Below, piece by piece: positions 18,743 to 28,716 of a stretch of DNA of 64,000 nucleotides; within the stretch, counting starts at the first letter, position 1, and each line of letters begins with the position of its first letter. Under the pieces are notes generated by a model. It saw only the letters and a list, made by a program, of their open reading frames with translations, did no database searches and was not told the DNA's origin. The position numbers and the translations under genes were made by a program. Source of the DNA: an uncultured Eubacteriales bacterium (GTDB lineage: Bacteria; Bacillota; Clostridia; Oscillospirales; Acutalibacteraceae); NCBI GenBank assembly GCA_934728355.1, contig CAKVEA010000001.1, positions 412 through 64,411 on the forward strand, written 5' to 3'.

Positions 18743-18952
18743 ATGGAAGAAAACGAAAACTTAAAAAAAGAATTAAATGAAAAGGATACACAAAATGTTT
18801 CAGGAGGATACACCTATACCACCAAAGATGATTGTGACTTCTGTGATAGAAAAAATTGTCGTGTTATAACAACAGATTCTTTAAATCATGCTTGTTTAAA
18901 ATGTTATTCGAAAATTTGTAAAATAAATAGAAAATATAATAAAGACATATAG
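18743..18952 (+). CDS. Double-glycine-leader small protein, shortened core CxxC-x16-CxxC (copy 3)
   Basis: 69 aa from ATG 18743. Leader MEENENLKKELNEKDTQNVSGG. Core has DCDFCDRKNCRVITTDSLNHACLKCYSKI. It starts 1 nt after the copy-2 stop and has no SD. Confidence 0.65.
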   Translation: MEENENLKKELNEKDTQNVSGGYTYTTKDDCDFCDRKNCRVITTDSLNHACLKCYSKICKINRKYNKDI

Positions 18953-18970
18953 TCATTATAATACAAATAA

Positions 18971-19000
18971 GAAAGACTACTCCTTTTGGAGTAGTCTTTC
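18971..19000. terminator. Bidirectional rho-independent terminator between the peptide array and tuf
   Basis: gaaagactactcc-tttt-ggagtagtctttc forms a 13-bp perfect stem. Confidence 0.85.
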
Positions 19001-19011
19001 CTACTTTAAAA

Positions 19012-20214
19012 CTATTCGATAATTTCTGTTACAACACCTGAACCAACTGTTCTGCCGCCTTCACGAATAGCAAAACGGAGTCCTTCTTCAATTGCGATAG
19101 GAGTAATTAGTTCAACTTCCATTACAACGTTATCGCCAGGCATGCACATTTCTGTACCTTCCGGAAGTTTGATAACACCTGTTACGTCTGTTGTTCTGAA
19201 ATAGAACTGAGGACGATAATTGTTAAAGAATGGAGTATGACGTCCGCCTTCATCTTTGGTCAATACATAAACTTGACCTTTGAATTTGGTATGAGGATGA
19301 ATTGTTCCTGGTTTAGCAAGAACTTGACCACGTTGAATTTCATCTCTTTGAATACCACGTAAAAGAACACCTACGTTGTCGCCTGCTTCAGCATAATCGA
19401 GAAGTTTTCTGAACATTTCGATACCTGTAACAACAACTTTTTTCTTTTCTTCTGTAAGACCCACTAATTCTACTTCTTCACCCATTTTGAGTTGTCCACG
19501 TTCAACTCTACCTGTAGCAACTGTTCCACGACCTGTAATTGTGAAAACATCTTCAACAGGCATAAGGAATGGTTGATCTGCTTTTCTTTCAGGTGTAGGA
19601 ATGAAGTTATCAACAGCTTCCATTAATTCAATAATGCATTTGTATTCTGGAGCTGCAGGATCTTTTGAAGTACTTTCAAGAACTTGAAGAGCCGATCCAC
19701 GAATAATTGGGGTATCGTCACCCGGGAATTCGTATTCATTAAGAAGTTCACGAATTTCCATTTCTACGAGATCTAAAAGTTCAGGATCGTCTACTTGGTC
19801 AACTTTGTTCATGAAAACAACAATTTTAGGAACACCAACCTGACGTGCAAGTAAGATGTGTTCACGAGTCTGAGGCATAGGACCGTCAGCAGCTGAAACA
19901 ACAAGGATTGCACCGTCCATTTGAGCTGCACCGGTAATCATGTTTTTAACATAGTCAGCATGGCCTGGGCAGTCAACGTGTGCATAGTGGCGAGATGCTG
20001 TTTGATATTCAACATGTGAAGTATTAATTGTAATACCACGTTCTCTTTCTTCAGGAGCTTTGTCGATATTTGAGTAATCAACAAATTCAGAATCTCCTTT
20101 AAGGTTAAGAACTTTAGTAATTGCAGCTGTAAGGGTTGTTTTACCGTGGTCAACGTGACCGATAGTACCAATGTTTACATGTGGCTTACTTCTTTCAAAT
20201 TTTGCTTTTGCCAT
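19012..20214 (-). CDS. tuf: Elongation factor Tu
   Basis: 400 aa. [17 protein letters not shown] and NKVD. Confidence 0.98.
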   Translation of the reverse strand: MAKAKFERSKPHVNIGTIGHVDHGKTTLTAAITKVLNLKGDSEFVDYSNIDKAPEERERGITINTSHVEYQTASRHYAHVDCPGHADYVKNMITGAAQMDGAILVVSAADGPMPQTREHILLARQVGVPKIVVFMNKVDQVDDPELLDLVEMEIRELLNEYEFPGDDTPIIRGSALQVLESTSKDPAAPEYKCIIELMEAVDNFIPTPERKADQPFLMPVEDVFTITGRGTVATGRVERGQLKMGEEVELVGLTEEKKKVVVTGIEMFRKLLDYAEAGDNVGVLLRGIQRDEIQRGQVLAKPGTIHPHTKFKGQVYVLTKDEGGRHTPFFNNYRPQFYFRTTDVTGVIKLPEGTEMCMPGDNVVMEVELITPIAIEEGLRFAIREGGRTVGSGVVTEIIE

Positions 20215-20260
20215 TATATTTTCCTCCCTTAAAAATTAAATAATCTAAATTACATGCTCA

Positions 20261-20289
20261 AGTGTAACATTTAAAATCTAAAAAGTCAA
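20261..20289 (-). promoter_or_regulatory. Candidate internal promoter for tuf
   Basis: On the minus strand, TTGACT, a 17-nt spacer, then TACACT, in the fusA-tuf spacer. Confidence 0.4.
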
Positions 20290-20356
20290 TTAAATTTTAA
20301 ATGATTAAGCAAAAAATTCATGTTTTAAAATTACTACGACGGTAACTTAACTAAAA

Positions 20357-22435
20357 CTAGTCTTTCTTGCTACGAGATGCAATAATTTGCTCAGAAACAG
20401 ATTTCGGAACTTCAGCATAATGACTTGGCTCCATTGTATATTGTCCTCTTCCCTGAGTTTTAGAACGCATATCTGTAGCATATCCAAACATTTCAGAAAG
20501 CGGGACCTGAGCATTGATTCTTTGAGCTCCGGAAACAGCTTCCATACCTTGAATCATACCACGACGAGAGTTAATATCTCCTATAACATCTCCCATGTAC
20601 TCTTCAGGAACAGTTACTGTGACTTTCATAATTGGCTCGAGAAGAACCGGGTCAGCTTTTCTCATTGCTGATTTAAATGCCATAGAACCGGCAATTTTAA
20701 ATGCCATTTCAGATGAGTCAACTTCATGATAAGATCCATCATAAAGAGTTACTTTTACATCGACAACATTATATCCTGCAAGAACTCCTGAAAGCATAGC
20801 ACCTTTAATACCGTTATCAACGGCAGGAATATATTCTTTCGGGATAGCTCCTCCGACGATTTCATTGACGAATTCGTAACCTTTTCCCGGATTTGGATCA
20901 ACTTTAATCTTAACATGACCATATTGACCACGGCCACCTGACTGTATGGCATATTTTTCTTCAACGTCTGCACTCTTACGAATGGTCTCTTTATATGAAA
21001 CTTGAGGTTTACCAACGTTTGCTTCAACTTTAAATTCACGAAGAAGTCTGTCAACGATAATTTCAAGGTGAAGCTCGCCCATTCCGGCGATAATAGTTTG
21101 ACCTGTTTCTTCATCTGTGTAAGCTTTAAATGTTGGATCTTCTTCTGCAAGTTTAGCAAGTCCCAGACCCATTTTTTCTTGTCCTGCTTTTGTTTTAGGC
21201 TCAATAGCAACACGAATAACAGGCTCCGGAAATTCCATAGATTCAAGAATTACAGGATGTTTTTCATCACAAAGAGTATCACCGGTTGTTGTATTTTTAA
21301 GTCCAACTGCAGCTGCAATGTCACCTGCATAAACTTTTTCTATATCTTGTCTATGATTTGAATGCATTTGAAGAATTCTTCCCATACGTTCATTGTTATC
21401 TTTTGTTGAGTTGTACACAGTAGATCCTGCAGACACAGTACCGGAGTAAACTCTAAAGAAACAAAGTTTTCCAACAAATGGGTCAACAGCGATTTTAAAT
21501 GCAAGCGCTGCAAAAGGCTCTTCATCAGATGAATGTCTTTCAACTTCTTCTTCAGTTTCAGGATCGAATCCTTTAACCGGAGGAACATCAGTAGGTGAAG
21601 GCATAAAGTCAACTATAGCATCAAGAAGTTTTTGCACACCCTTGTTTTTATATGAAGTACCACAAGTTACAGGCACTGCAGTATTCGCAATAGTTGCTTT
21701 TCTTAAGCAAGCTTTAATTTCTTCTACACTGATTTCTTCGCCTTCAAGATATTTTTCCATAATGGATTCATCTTGATCTGCTATGCATTCTATCATTTCT
21801 GCACGATATTTTTCAGCAAGTTCCTTCATATCTTCAGGAATTTCTTCAACTCTTACGTCTTTTCCGAGATCATCATAATAGACATCTGCTTTCATTTCAA
21901 TAAGGTCGACAATACCTTTAAAGGTATCTTCTGCTCCTATCGGAAGCTGAATCGGAACGGCATTACATTTCAAACGTTCTTTCATCATTTTTACAACATT
22001 ATAAAAATCTGCACCCATGATGTCCATTTTGTTAACATAAGCCATGCGAGGAACACTGTACTTATCAGCCTGACGCCAAACAGTTTCAGACTGAGGTTCA
22101 ACTCCGCCTTTTGCACAAAGAACAGTGACAGAACCGTCAAGTACACGAAGTGAACGTTCAACTTCGACTGTAAAATCAACGTGACCCGGGGTATCAATAA
22201 TATTTATTCTGTGATTTTTCCAGAAACATGTTGTAGCAGCAGAAGTGATTGTAATACCACGTTCTTGCTCTTGGACCATCCAGTCCATTGTTGCTGCACC
22301 GTCATGAGTTTCACCAATTTTATGATTTATACCGGTATAAAACAAAATACGTTCTGTAGTTGTTGTTTTACCAGCATCAATGTGAGCCATGATTCCTATG
22401 TTTCTGGTCATCTCCAGAGACACTTTTCTTGACAT
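20357..22435 (-). CDS. fusA: Elongation factor G
   Basis: 692 aa. [17 protein letters not shown] and NKMD. Confidence 0.98.
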   Translation of the reverse strand: MSRKVSLEMTRNIGIMAHIDAGKTTTTERILFYTGINHKIGETHDGAATMDWMVQEQERGITITSAATTCFWKNHRINIIDTPGHVDFTVEVERSLRVLDGSVTVLCAKGGVEPQSETVWRQADKYSVPRMAYVNKMDIMGADFYNVVKMMKERLKCNAVPIQLPIGAEDTFKGIVDLIEMKADVYYDDLGKDVRVEEIPEDMKELAEKYRAEMIECIADQDESIMEKYLEGEEISVEEIKACLRKATIANTAVPVTCGTSYKNKGVQKLLDAIVDFMPSPTDVPPVKGFDPETEEEVERHSSDEEPFAALAFKIAVDPFVGKLCFFRVYSGTVSAGSTVYNSTKDNNERMGRILQMHSNHRQDIEKVYAGDIAAAVGLKNTTTGDTLCDEKHPVILESMEFPEPVIRVAIEPKTKAGQEKMGLGLAKLAEEDPTFKAYTDEETGQTIIAGMGELHLEIIVDRLLREFKVEANVGKPQVSYKETIRKSADVEEKYAIQSGGRGQYGHVKIKVDPNPGKGYEFVNEIVGGAIPKEYIPAVDNGIKGAMLSGVLAGYNVVDVKVTLYDGSYHEVDSSEMAFKIAGSMAFKSAMRKADPVLLEPIMKVTVTVPEEYMGDVIGDINSRRGMIQGMEAVSGAQRINAQVPLSEMFGYATDMRSKTQGRGQYTMEPSHYAEVPKSVSEQIIASRSKKD

Positions 22436-22522
22436 AATATCCTCCTTTTCAAAAAATTTAGTTTTATTTTAAGCATAAATAAATGTTTTATACCTAAATT
22501 AAGGAAAATTTAGGCACAAATT

Positions 22523-22993
22523 TTACCAACGATAATGTGCAAATGCTTTGTTGGCTTCTGCCATTTTGTGTGTATCTTCACGTTTCTTAACGGCTCCGCC
22601 TGTGCTCTTAATAGCATCGAGAATTTCTCCGGAAAGTCTTTTTATCATGGTTTTTTCTGAACGAAGTCTTGAATATTTTGTGAGCCATCTAAGACCAAGT
22701 GTTTGTCTTCTGTCTGCTCTTACTTCGATCGGAACCTGATAGGTAGCACCTCCAACACGGCGTGCTTTAACTTCGAGTGTAGGCATTATGTTTTCCATAG
22801 CCTCTTCAAAAACCTCTAAAGGCTCTCTTCCTGTTTGTTCACGCACTATATCAAATGCTTTGTATACCACTTTTTGGGCTACTCCTCTTTTTCCGTCGAG
22901 CATGATGTTATTGATTAAACGAGTAACCAATTTTGAATTATAAATAGGATCTTGTAAAACATCACGTCTTGTAATTTTACCTCTTCTTGGCAT
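22523..22993 (-). CDS. rpsG: 30S ribosomal protein S7
   Basis: 156 aa from [13 protein letters not shown] to HYRW. The upstream extension of the ORF is discarded. Confidence 0.95.
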   Translation of the reverse strand: MPRRGKITRRDVLQDPIYNSKLVTRLINNIMLDGKRGVAQKVVYKAFDIVREQTGREPLEVFEEAMENIMPTLEVKARRVGGATYQVPIEVRADRRQTLGLRWLTKYSRLRSEKTMIKRLSGEILDAIKSTGGAVKKREDTHKMAEANKAFAHYRW

Positions 22994-23145
22994 GTTTCTT
23001 CCCTCCCTCATAGTAGATGATATCATAGGTACTCGAAAGTAATTCAGCTTCCGTTTGCCAACACAAGAGAAATTTCTTAAAGTAATATACAAAACACTCT
23101 TGCATTTGCGTAACTAAAAAGATTTATTTACTTTCTTGATTAATA

Positions 23146-23574
23146 CTATTTCTTAGCTGCTCCGGCTTTTGGACGTTTTGCACCGTATTTAGAACGAGCC
23201 TGCATACGTTTTGCAACACCTTGAGCATCGAGTGTACCTCTTATAATGTGGTAACGCACACCAGGTAAGTCCTTAACACGTCCACCTCTTATAAGAACAA
23301 CACTGTGCTCTTGAAGATTATGTCCTATTCCCGGAATATAAGAAGTTACTTCTAAACCGTTTGAAAGACGAACCCTTGCAATTTTTCTAAGTGCTGAGTT
23401 AGGTTTCTTAGGAGTTGCTGTTTTAACAGCTGTACAAACCCCTCTCTTTTGCGGAGAGTTCTGGTCTATAGACTCTCTTTTCTTAGAGTTCCATCCCTTT
23501 AAAAGTGCAGGAGCCTTTGCTTTTCTTTCTTGGCTTTTTCTTCCTTTACGGACTAACTGATTAAATGTTGGCAT
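23146..23574 (-). CDS. rpsL: 30S ribosomal protein S12
   Basis: Starts at [12 protein letters not shown]. Contains the KKPNSALRK signature. The 5-codon upstream extension is discarded. Confidence 0.95.
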   Translation of the reverse strand: MPTFNQLVRKGRKSQERKAKAPALLKGWNSKKRESIDQNSPQKRGVCTAVKTATPKKPNSALRKIARVRLSNGLEVTSYIPGIGHNLQEHSVVLIRGGRVKDLPGVRYHIIRGTLDAQGVAKRMQARSKYGAKRPKAGAAKK

Positions 23575-23646
23575 ATCACACCTCCTCATTAAAGTTAAAA
23601 AATATTAGTGAATCGAGTTTAATTTAAAATCTCGACACACTGCATT

Positions 23647-23676
23647 ATTCTAACACATATTGAATTAATTTGTCAA
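23647..23676 (-). promoter_or_regulatory. Candidate promoter of the rpsL-rpsG-fusA-tuf operon
   Basis: On the minus strand, TTGACA, an 18-nt spacer, then TAGAAT. Confidence 0.5.
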
Positions 23677-23797
23677 GAGATATCTTGAAAACACAAGTCT
23701 TTACTTTGAATTACTTATTTTAATACTATTATTCATTCTTTAATTCAATCGATGAAATACCACTTGTTTGTAAAAATTTTTCTCTCGAAAATATATC

Positions 23798-23828
23798 AAA
23801 AGCTTGTATCACAAAGACACAAGCTTTT
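23798..23828 (-). terminator. Candidate terminator downstream of the AAA+ gene
   Basis: aaaagcttgt-(11-nt loop)-acaagctttt forms a 10-bp stem whose 3' arm ends in TTTT. The loop is large. Confidence 0.4.
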
Positions 23829-23860
23829 ATTAGTACTTAAATTATAAGTATGGTGGAATA

Positions 23861-25801
23861 TTAATAATATTTTATAATTTTTTCTATATCTCTCTTATAA
23901 AGAACTATGTCGGATAAAAATGAAGCTCCACTATCAGTCATTCTTTGTTGAACAGCCAACTCAACTGCTCTTGTAATGTCTGCTCCTGTTTTACCTCGGA
24001 ATTTAGCAGCCAAAGAGCTTGCCATTGATTCTATTGTTTGTCCTTCTTCAAATCTATAACCTTTCAAATTAGCCATCAATATTTTCTTTAAATCCGATTC
24101 CGAAGGAATAGCAACCTCAACAGATTGCTCAAGTCTTTCTGAACGTTTCACTGCAAGATCAACTGCCAAAGGTAAATTTGTAGTTGCAAGAATTACAACA
24201 CCATCTGACGGTTTTAATTCATCCAGTTCACTTAAAAGGGTTACTGTTTCTTTAGTTGTAGCAGGATCGCCTGACGGAGAATCCTGTCTGTGTCCTCCTA
24301 AAGCATCTATTTCATCAATTAAAAGAACTACTATTGCATCTTTTTTGAACTTATTTCCGTTTTCATCAACTTCATTACGTCTGTTTACTGCCAAATCTTT
24401 TGCATATTTAAATTTGCTCTTGATTTCCGAAACCATATTGTCATTTCCATTTTCAGTGTGCTTTTTAAGAACAACTATATCACATTTTTCAGCAGCAGCC
24501 ATAGCCTTAACCATTGTAGTTTTCCCTGTTCCGGGTTTACCGTACAAAATTATTCCTTTTGAAGGTTTTATTTTATTTCCCATTCTGACTGCTTTTCGAT
24601 GTTGTTCCAATAGATTGTGAATATCGCTCTTTATATTGTCATATCCACCAATAACCTCATCAATTGAAAGCTTTCCTTCTCTTAACATATCACATTGCTT
24701 ATCGAAATCATGCATATCTACTAATTTACGTTCATCTTCTATTTTTTTCTTGTGTTCACTAACAATCTTATTTTTTATTGAGATATTTCTTTCGCATTTT
24801 TTTTCAAATAAACGTTTTGTTGTTTGAAAACGTCCGACTTGCTCAATTCTAGTTATTTGGTTAATCTTTTCTCTAAGAGGCTCCATCTCTTTAAATAGTT
24901 CGTTCTTTATAGAATCAACTTTTTCTTTTGCTTCATTATTTCCGTCCAAATCACACATAGCAAATTGTTCTGAAATACTTTTTTTCTTTTCCTCGAGCCA
25001 ATTTTTAAACTCTTCTTTAGCATCATCTATGTATTTTTGTTGAATATCTTTCTTTGTTTGAATTATAGCATTAATCAATTCAGTAATTTGAGCTTCAAAG
25101 TGAACTATTTCTTCCCTAATATCATTAAAAACACCCTCGATGTTTGATGAAAGTATGCTAAAATCTTCACTTCTTAATTTAGCAGGAAAAATCACATTAC
25201 AAATACTGTTTTTAATTCCCAATGCTTTGTTTTTAACAGTAGTTACTTCTCCTTCAAAAATTTGAGATTCTTCACCTAAGTCTTTTAAATAAGACTCTAA
25301 TTGTTCCATTTTTCCGTCAACTGATTTTATAAGACTTTCTTTATATTCCAAAAATTCTTTATTCTGTTCCGCTTCAATTTCCTGTGAACCTTTTGGGTTA
25401 GTTTTTTCTTGCAATTCTTTAATGTACCTGTCTATCTTTTTATCTAATTTTTCAACAAGTTTCATATCATCTTCATAAGCATGAAACTTTCCGTTTGAAA
25501 AAAATGACCCATTTACTTTCGACTGAACTGTTAACTCAAGATTGTCAACCTTATCTTCAAATTTCGAAAGTTGCCTGTCCTTAGAATCAATTTTTCTGCC
25601 TTCGTCAATCTTCTTTCTGCATTTTTTAATTCTCAAGTCAAATTCTTTTTTTATTTTTGCAACGTCACTTGCAGTATAAATCAGACCGATGAGCGGTACA
25701 TTGACAGACGCACTAACATTTGGAGTAAAACAAGTCGAACTCAAAAATGTAGCACTGCATAATAATAAAGCAGCTATTTTATTTTTAGAATTTCTGACCA
25801 T
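23861..25801 (-). CDS. AAA+ ATPase (classical AAA clade) with an N-terminal signal-peptide-like/hydrophobic hairpin and a long coiled-coil region
   Basis: 646 aa. Walker A GKPGTGKTT, Walker B VVLLIDEIDALG and an SRH-like ATTNLPLAVDLAVKRSERLEQ. N-terminus is MVRNSKNKIAALLLCSATFLSSTCFTPNVSA followed by VNVPLIGLIYTA. Confidence 0.8.
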   Translation of the reverse strand: MVRNSKNKIAALLLCSATFLSSTCFTPNVSASVNVPLIGLIYTASDVAKIKKEFDLRIKKCRKKIDEGRKIDSKDRQLSKFEDKVDNLELTVQSKVNGSFFSNGKFHAYEDDMKLVEKLDKKIDRYIKELQEKTNPKGSQEIEAEQNKEFLEYKESLIKSVDGKMEQLESYLKDLGEESQIFEGEVTTVKNKALGIKNSICNVIFPAKLRSEDFSILSSNIEGVFNDIREEIVHFEAQITELINAIIQTKKDIQQKYIDDAKEEFKNWLEEKKKSISEQFAMCDLDGNNEAKEKVDSIKNELFKEMEPLREKINQITRIEQVGRFQTTKRLFEKKCERNISIKNKIVSEHKKKIEDERKLVDMHDFDKQCDMLREGKLSIDEVIGGYDNIKSDIHNLLEQHRKAVRMGNKIKPSKGIILYGKPGTGKTTMVKAMAAAEKCDIVVLKKHTENGNDNMVSEIKSKFKYAKDLAVNRRNEVDENGNKFKKDAIVVLLIDEIDALGGHRQDSPSGDPATTKETVTLLSELDELKPSDGVVILATTNLPLAVDLAVKRSERLEQSVEVAIPSESDLKKILMANLKGYRFEEGQTIESMASSLAAKFRGKTGADITRAVELAVQQRMTDSGASFLSDIVLYKRDIEKIIKYY

Positions 25802-26448
25802 ATTATCTTCGGCAACACACTTACAATTAAATTTATAAAATTTTTCCTTTGTTGCCTTAAACCCCCTAAATATTTATTTAAAACTTATTGTTAAAGTTTC
25901 ACAGACCGATAGTATCACAAGGAAATTACTTTGTAAATAGTTAAATTAAAAAAGTTTAAAGAAATATATTATTTTCCAAATGTTTGTCTACAATAAATAA
26001 TTTTTTAAAAAATCAACTGTTTTTTACCATATTTCTTGCCATCAAATTTAATATTTTATAATTAAATCTGTCATTATAATTATTTTGAACATCAAATAAT
26101 ATTAAAAATGCTCTGGGTAATTATGTTTTTAAATAAGTTTTAAATAAATACATTATTAACCTAAAATATTTTATTTTGAAGTATTTTAGAACAAAATATA
26201 TAATTAATTATTTTATTTGTTAATTTTTAAATATAATATATGGTATATTTTCTAATTATATTGAGGTATATAACTTCAATAATCCAAAAATAAAATTTTT
26301 ATTCTTAAAATGGTTTAAGATTATAAAATTAAAATTTATGAAATTCTTTTCATGTCATAACTTGTTTAATCTAAAAATAATTATTATAATAAGTTTTACT
26401 GGCTTTACAAAAAAACAGATAATCTAAAATTTTGGCGAGGTGTAAAAT

Positions 26449-28674
26449 TTGGCAAAAGGTACATCAGTAAGAATGCAGAGAAGATCAATGATAGTTTTAT
26501 TTATGATTGTATTTCTCGGATTCCCATTACTCATTTTAAGATTGATAAACTTGCAGATATTTCAAGGTGAATATCTTCAAAAAATGGCTTCTAATCAACA
26601 ACTCACAGATACTAAATTAAACTCCAAAAGAGGTAGTATATTCGACAGAAATATGGTCCCTCTTGCCCAAAGTGCAAGTGTTTGGACAGTTGCTTTAGAG
26701 CCTACAAACATAGATAGTGACGAAAAAAGAGAGTTAATCTGCAGTGGAATGAGTGAAATACTCGGTATGGATAAAGAAAAATTGCAGGAACTTTCTAAAA
26801 AAAGATCATGCTATACTATTGCAAAAAGAAAAGTAGAAAGCGATGTAAAAGACAAAATAATTGAATTTAAAACAAAAAATAAAATTACCACAGGAATACG
26901 ATTAATTGAAGACTATAAAAGATATTATCCGTTGAAGGATTTTGCAGCACCGGTTTTAGGATTTACCGGAGCTGACAGTCAAGGGCTTGCAGGAATAGAA
27001 GCCTTTTATGAAAAAACTTTAAGAGGAGAGCCTGGTAGAATCTTAACCGCGAAAAACGCAGTCGGAAAAGAGATGCCTTTTGAATATGAACAACTTGTAA
27101 ATCCGGTACCGGGTCATAGTGTAAAGCTTTGTATAGATCAAAATATTCAAAGGTTCATGGAAAAAGCTCTTGAAGACGGAATAAAAATGCATAAAGTCAA
27201 AAACAGAGCAACCGCTATTGCGATGGATGTAACAAACGGAGAGATTTTAGGTATGGCTGTTAAAGGAGATTTTGATCCAAACGAGCCGTTCAAAATAGCA
27301 GATCCTGAAAAGCAAGCTGCCATAGATGCTTTACCGGAAGAAGAAAAGGTAAAAGCAAAAAATGAAGCTCTTAGTCATCAATGGAGGAATAAAGCAGTCA
27401 GCGATACATATTATCCGGGATCTGTGTTTAAAATGGTAGTGGCTTCTATGGGTCTTGAACTCGGAGTTGTAGATGATAATTCAACATTTAACTGTAACGG
27501 TGCAATAAAACCATATGAAGGAGCAAAACCTATAAAGTGTCATAAACACAGCGGTCATGGAAGTCAAAACTTTGTGCAAGCACTTTGTCATTCATGCAAC
27601 CCTGCATTCATAACTCTTGGTCAAAGAATAGGAACAGAAAACTTTTTTAATTTTTATAAATCTTTCGGATTTCACAGCAAAACAAACATAGACCTCCCCG
27701 GAGAATCCACAGATTTATTTTTCAGTGCAGACGGAAGCATGGCTTTAATTGACCTTTGTGTTGCATCTATAGGTCAAAATTTCGGAATAACACCTATCCA
27801 AATGATAACAGCTGCGGCAGCAATCGCAAATGGAGGAAATATAGTTCAGCCTCATGTGGTTAAAGAAATACTTGATGAAAACGGAAACGTAATAAAAAAA
27901 ATAGAACCTGCAATAAAAAGAAGAGCTATTTCAGAATCAACTTCTAAAAAAGTTTCTTCAATGCTGTATGAAAATGCAACTCACGGCGCAGCCAAAAATG
28001 CTTATATACCCGGATATCGAGTAGCAGGAAAAACAGGAACGTCAGAAAAAATCGGTCTATCCGCTCCCGGAGAAAAAGACTATATTTCTTCTTTCTGCGG
28101 CTTTGCCCCTGCAGATAATCCCAAAATAGCAATGCTTGTATTTTTTGACACTCCTAAAGGAGATTACTACTACGGAAGTGCAGTGGCAGCACCTGCTTTC
28201 GGAGCCGCAATGAAAGATATTTTACCGTACATGGGGATTGAAAAATCTTACTCTGAAGAAGAACTTGAAAAAATCGATACTGTTGTTCCCGATTTGGTAG
28301 GAAAAAATATCGGAGAAGCAAAAAATGCGGCATCTTCACTTTCTTTGAATGTTATGGTTGTAGGAAATGGAGAAAAAGTTTTATCTCAAATTCCTGAAGC
28401 ATCAAGCCATATACCAAAAGGAGGAACTATTATTTTTCATACTGATTCAAATCAAGAAGCAAATGTAAAAGTTCCCAAATTTATAGGCCTTTCGATTTCA
28501 GATGCAACTAAAACCGCTTCCGGTGCAGGTTTAAATGTAAAATTGATAGGAACAGAAATAAATGATTCTGAAATAATCGTTTCTTCGCAAAGTATAGAAG
28601 AAGGAAAAGAAGTCTTGGCAGGAACAGTAATAGAGCTTAACTTTTCTCATAACGACACAAATACAGGCGATTAA
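26449..28674 (+). CDS. Class B penicillin-binding protein (FtsI/SpoVD/PBP2x-like) with two C-terminal PASTA domains
   Basis: 741 aa, TTG start with GAGGTG 6 nt upstream. N-terminal TM segment. SxxK (SVFK) and KTG (GKTGTS). Two PASTA-like repeats (VPDLVGKNIGEAK..., VPKFIGLSISDAT...). Confidence 0.85.
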   Translation: MAKGTSVRMQRRSMIVLFMIVFLGFPLLILRLINLQIFQGEYLQKMASNQQLTDTKLNSKRGSIFDRNMVPLAQSASVWTVALEPTNIDSDEKRELICSGMSEILGMDKEKLQELSKKRSCYTIAKRKVESDVKDKIIEFKTKNKITTGIRLIEDYKRYYPLKDFAAPVLGFTGADSQGLAGIEAFYEKTLRGEPGRILTAKNAVGKEMPFEYEQLVNPVPGHSVKLCIDQNIQRFMEKALEDGIKMHKVKNRATAIAMDVTNGEILGMAVKGDFDPNEPFKIADPEKQAAIDALPEEEKVKAKNEALSHQWRNKAVSDTYYPGSVFKMVVASMGLELGVVDDNSTFNCNGAIKPYEGAKPIKCHKHSGHGSQNFVQALCHSCNPAFITLGQRIGTENFFNFYKSFGFHSKTNIDLPGESTDLFFSADGSMALIDLCVASIGQNFGITPIQMITAAAAIANGGNIVQPHVVKEILDENGNVIKKIEPAIKRRAISESTSKKVSSMLYENATHGAAKNAYIPGYRVAGKTGTSEKIGLSAPGEKDYISSFCGFAPADNPKIAMLVFFDTPKGDYYYGSAVAAPAFGAAMKDILPYMGIEKSYSEEELEKIDTVVPDLVGKNIGEAKNAASSLSLNVMVVGNGEKVLSQIPEASSHIPKGGTIIFHTDSNQEANVKVPKFIGLSISDATKTASGAGLNVKLIGTEINDSEIIVSSQSIEEGKEVLAGTVIELNFSHNDTNTGD

Positions 28675-28716
28675 AATTTTTCAAATAAACGATAAATAAT
28701 AAAACGGAGGTAAACT

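Noticed and set aside
9429-18952. Idea that the SCIFF radical SAM maturase modifies the GG-leader/CxxC peptides
   Set aside because: The loci are about 7 kb apart and separated by housekeeping genes on mixed strands. ScfB has its own adjacent cognate precursor. The GG-leader peptides lack the SCIFF leader. Nothing in the sequence supports a link.
20387-22432. Multiple ORFs in alternative frames and on the opposite strand within fusA (and 19938-20171 within tuf)
   Set aside because: EF-G and EF-Tu are unambiguous. The overlapping ORFs are frame shadows with no start signals.
22994-23092. N-terminal extensions of the rpsG ORF (and 23575-23589 for rpsL) in the ORF track
   Set aside because: The conserved ribosomal protein N-termini (MPRRG..., MPTFNQL...) begin at internal ATGs. 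The extensions have no homology.
25802-26448. Possible replication origin or CRISPR-like array in the long AT-rich spacer
   Set aside because: I saw no TTATCCACA-type DnaA boxes, no dnaA/dnaN nearby, and no regularly spaced direct repeats.
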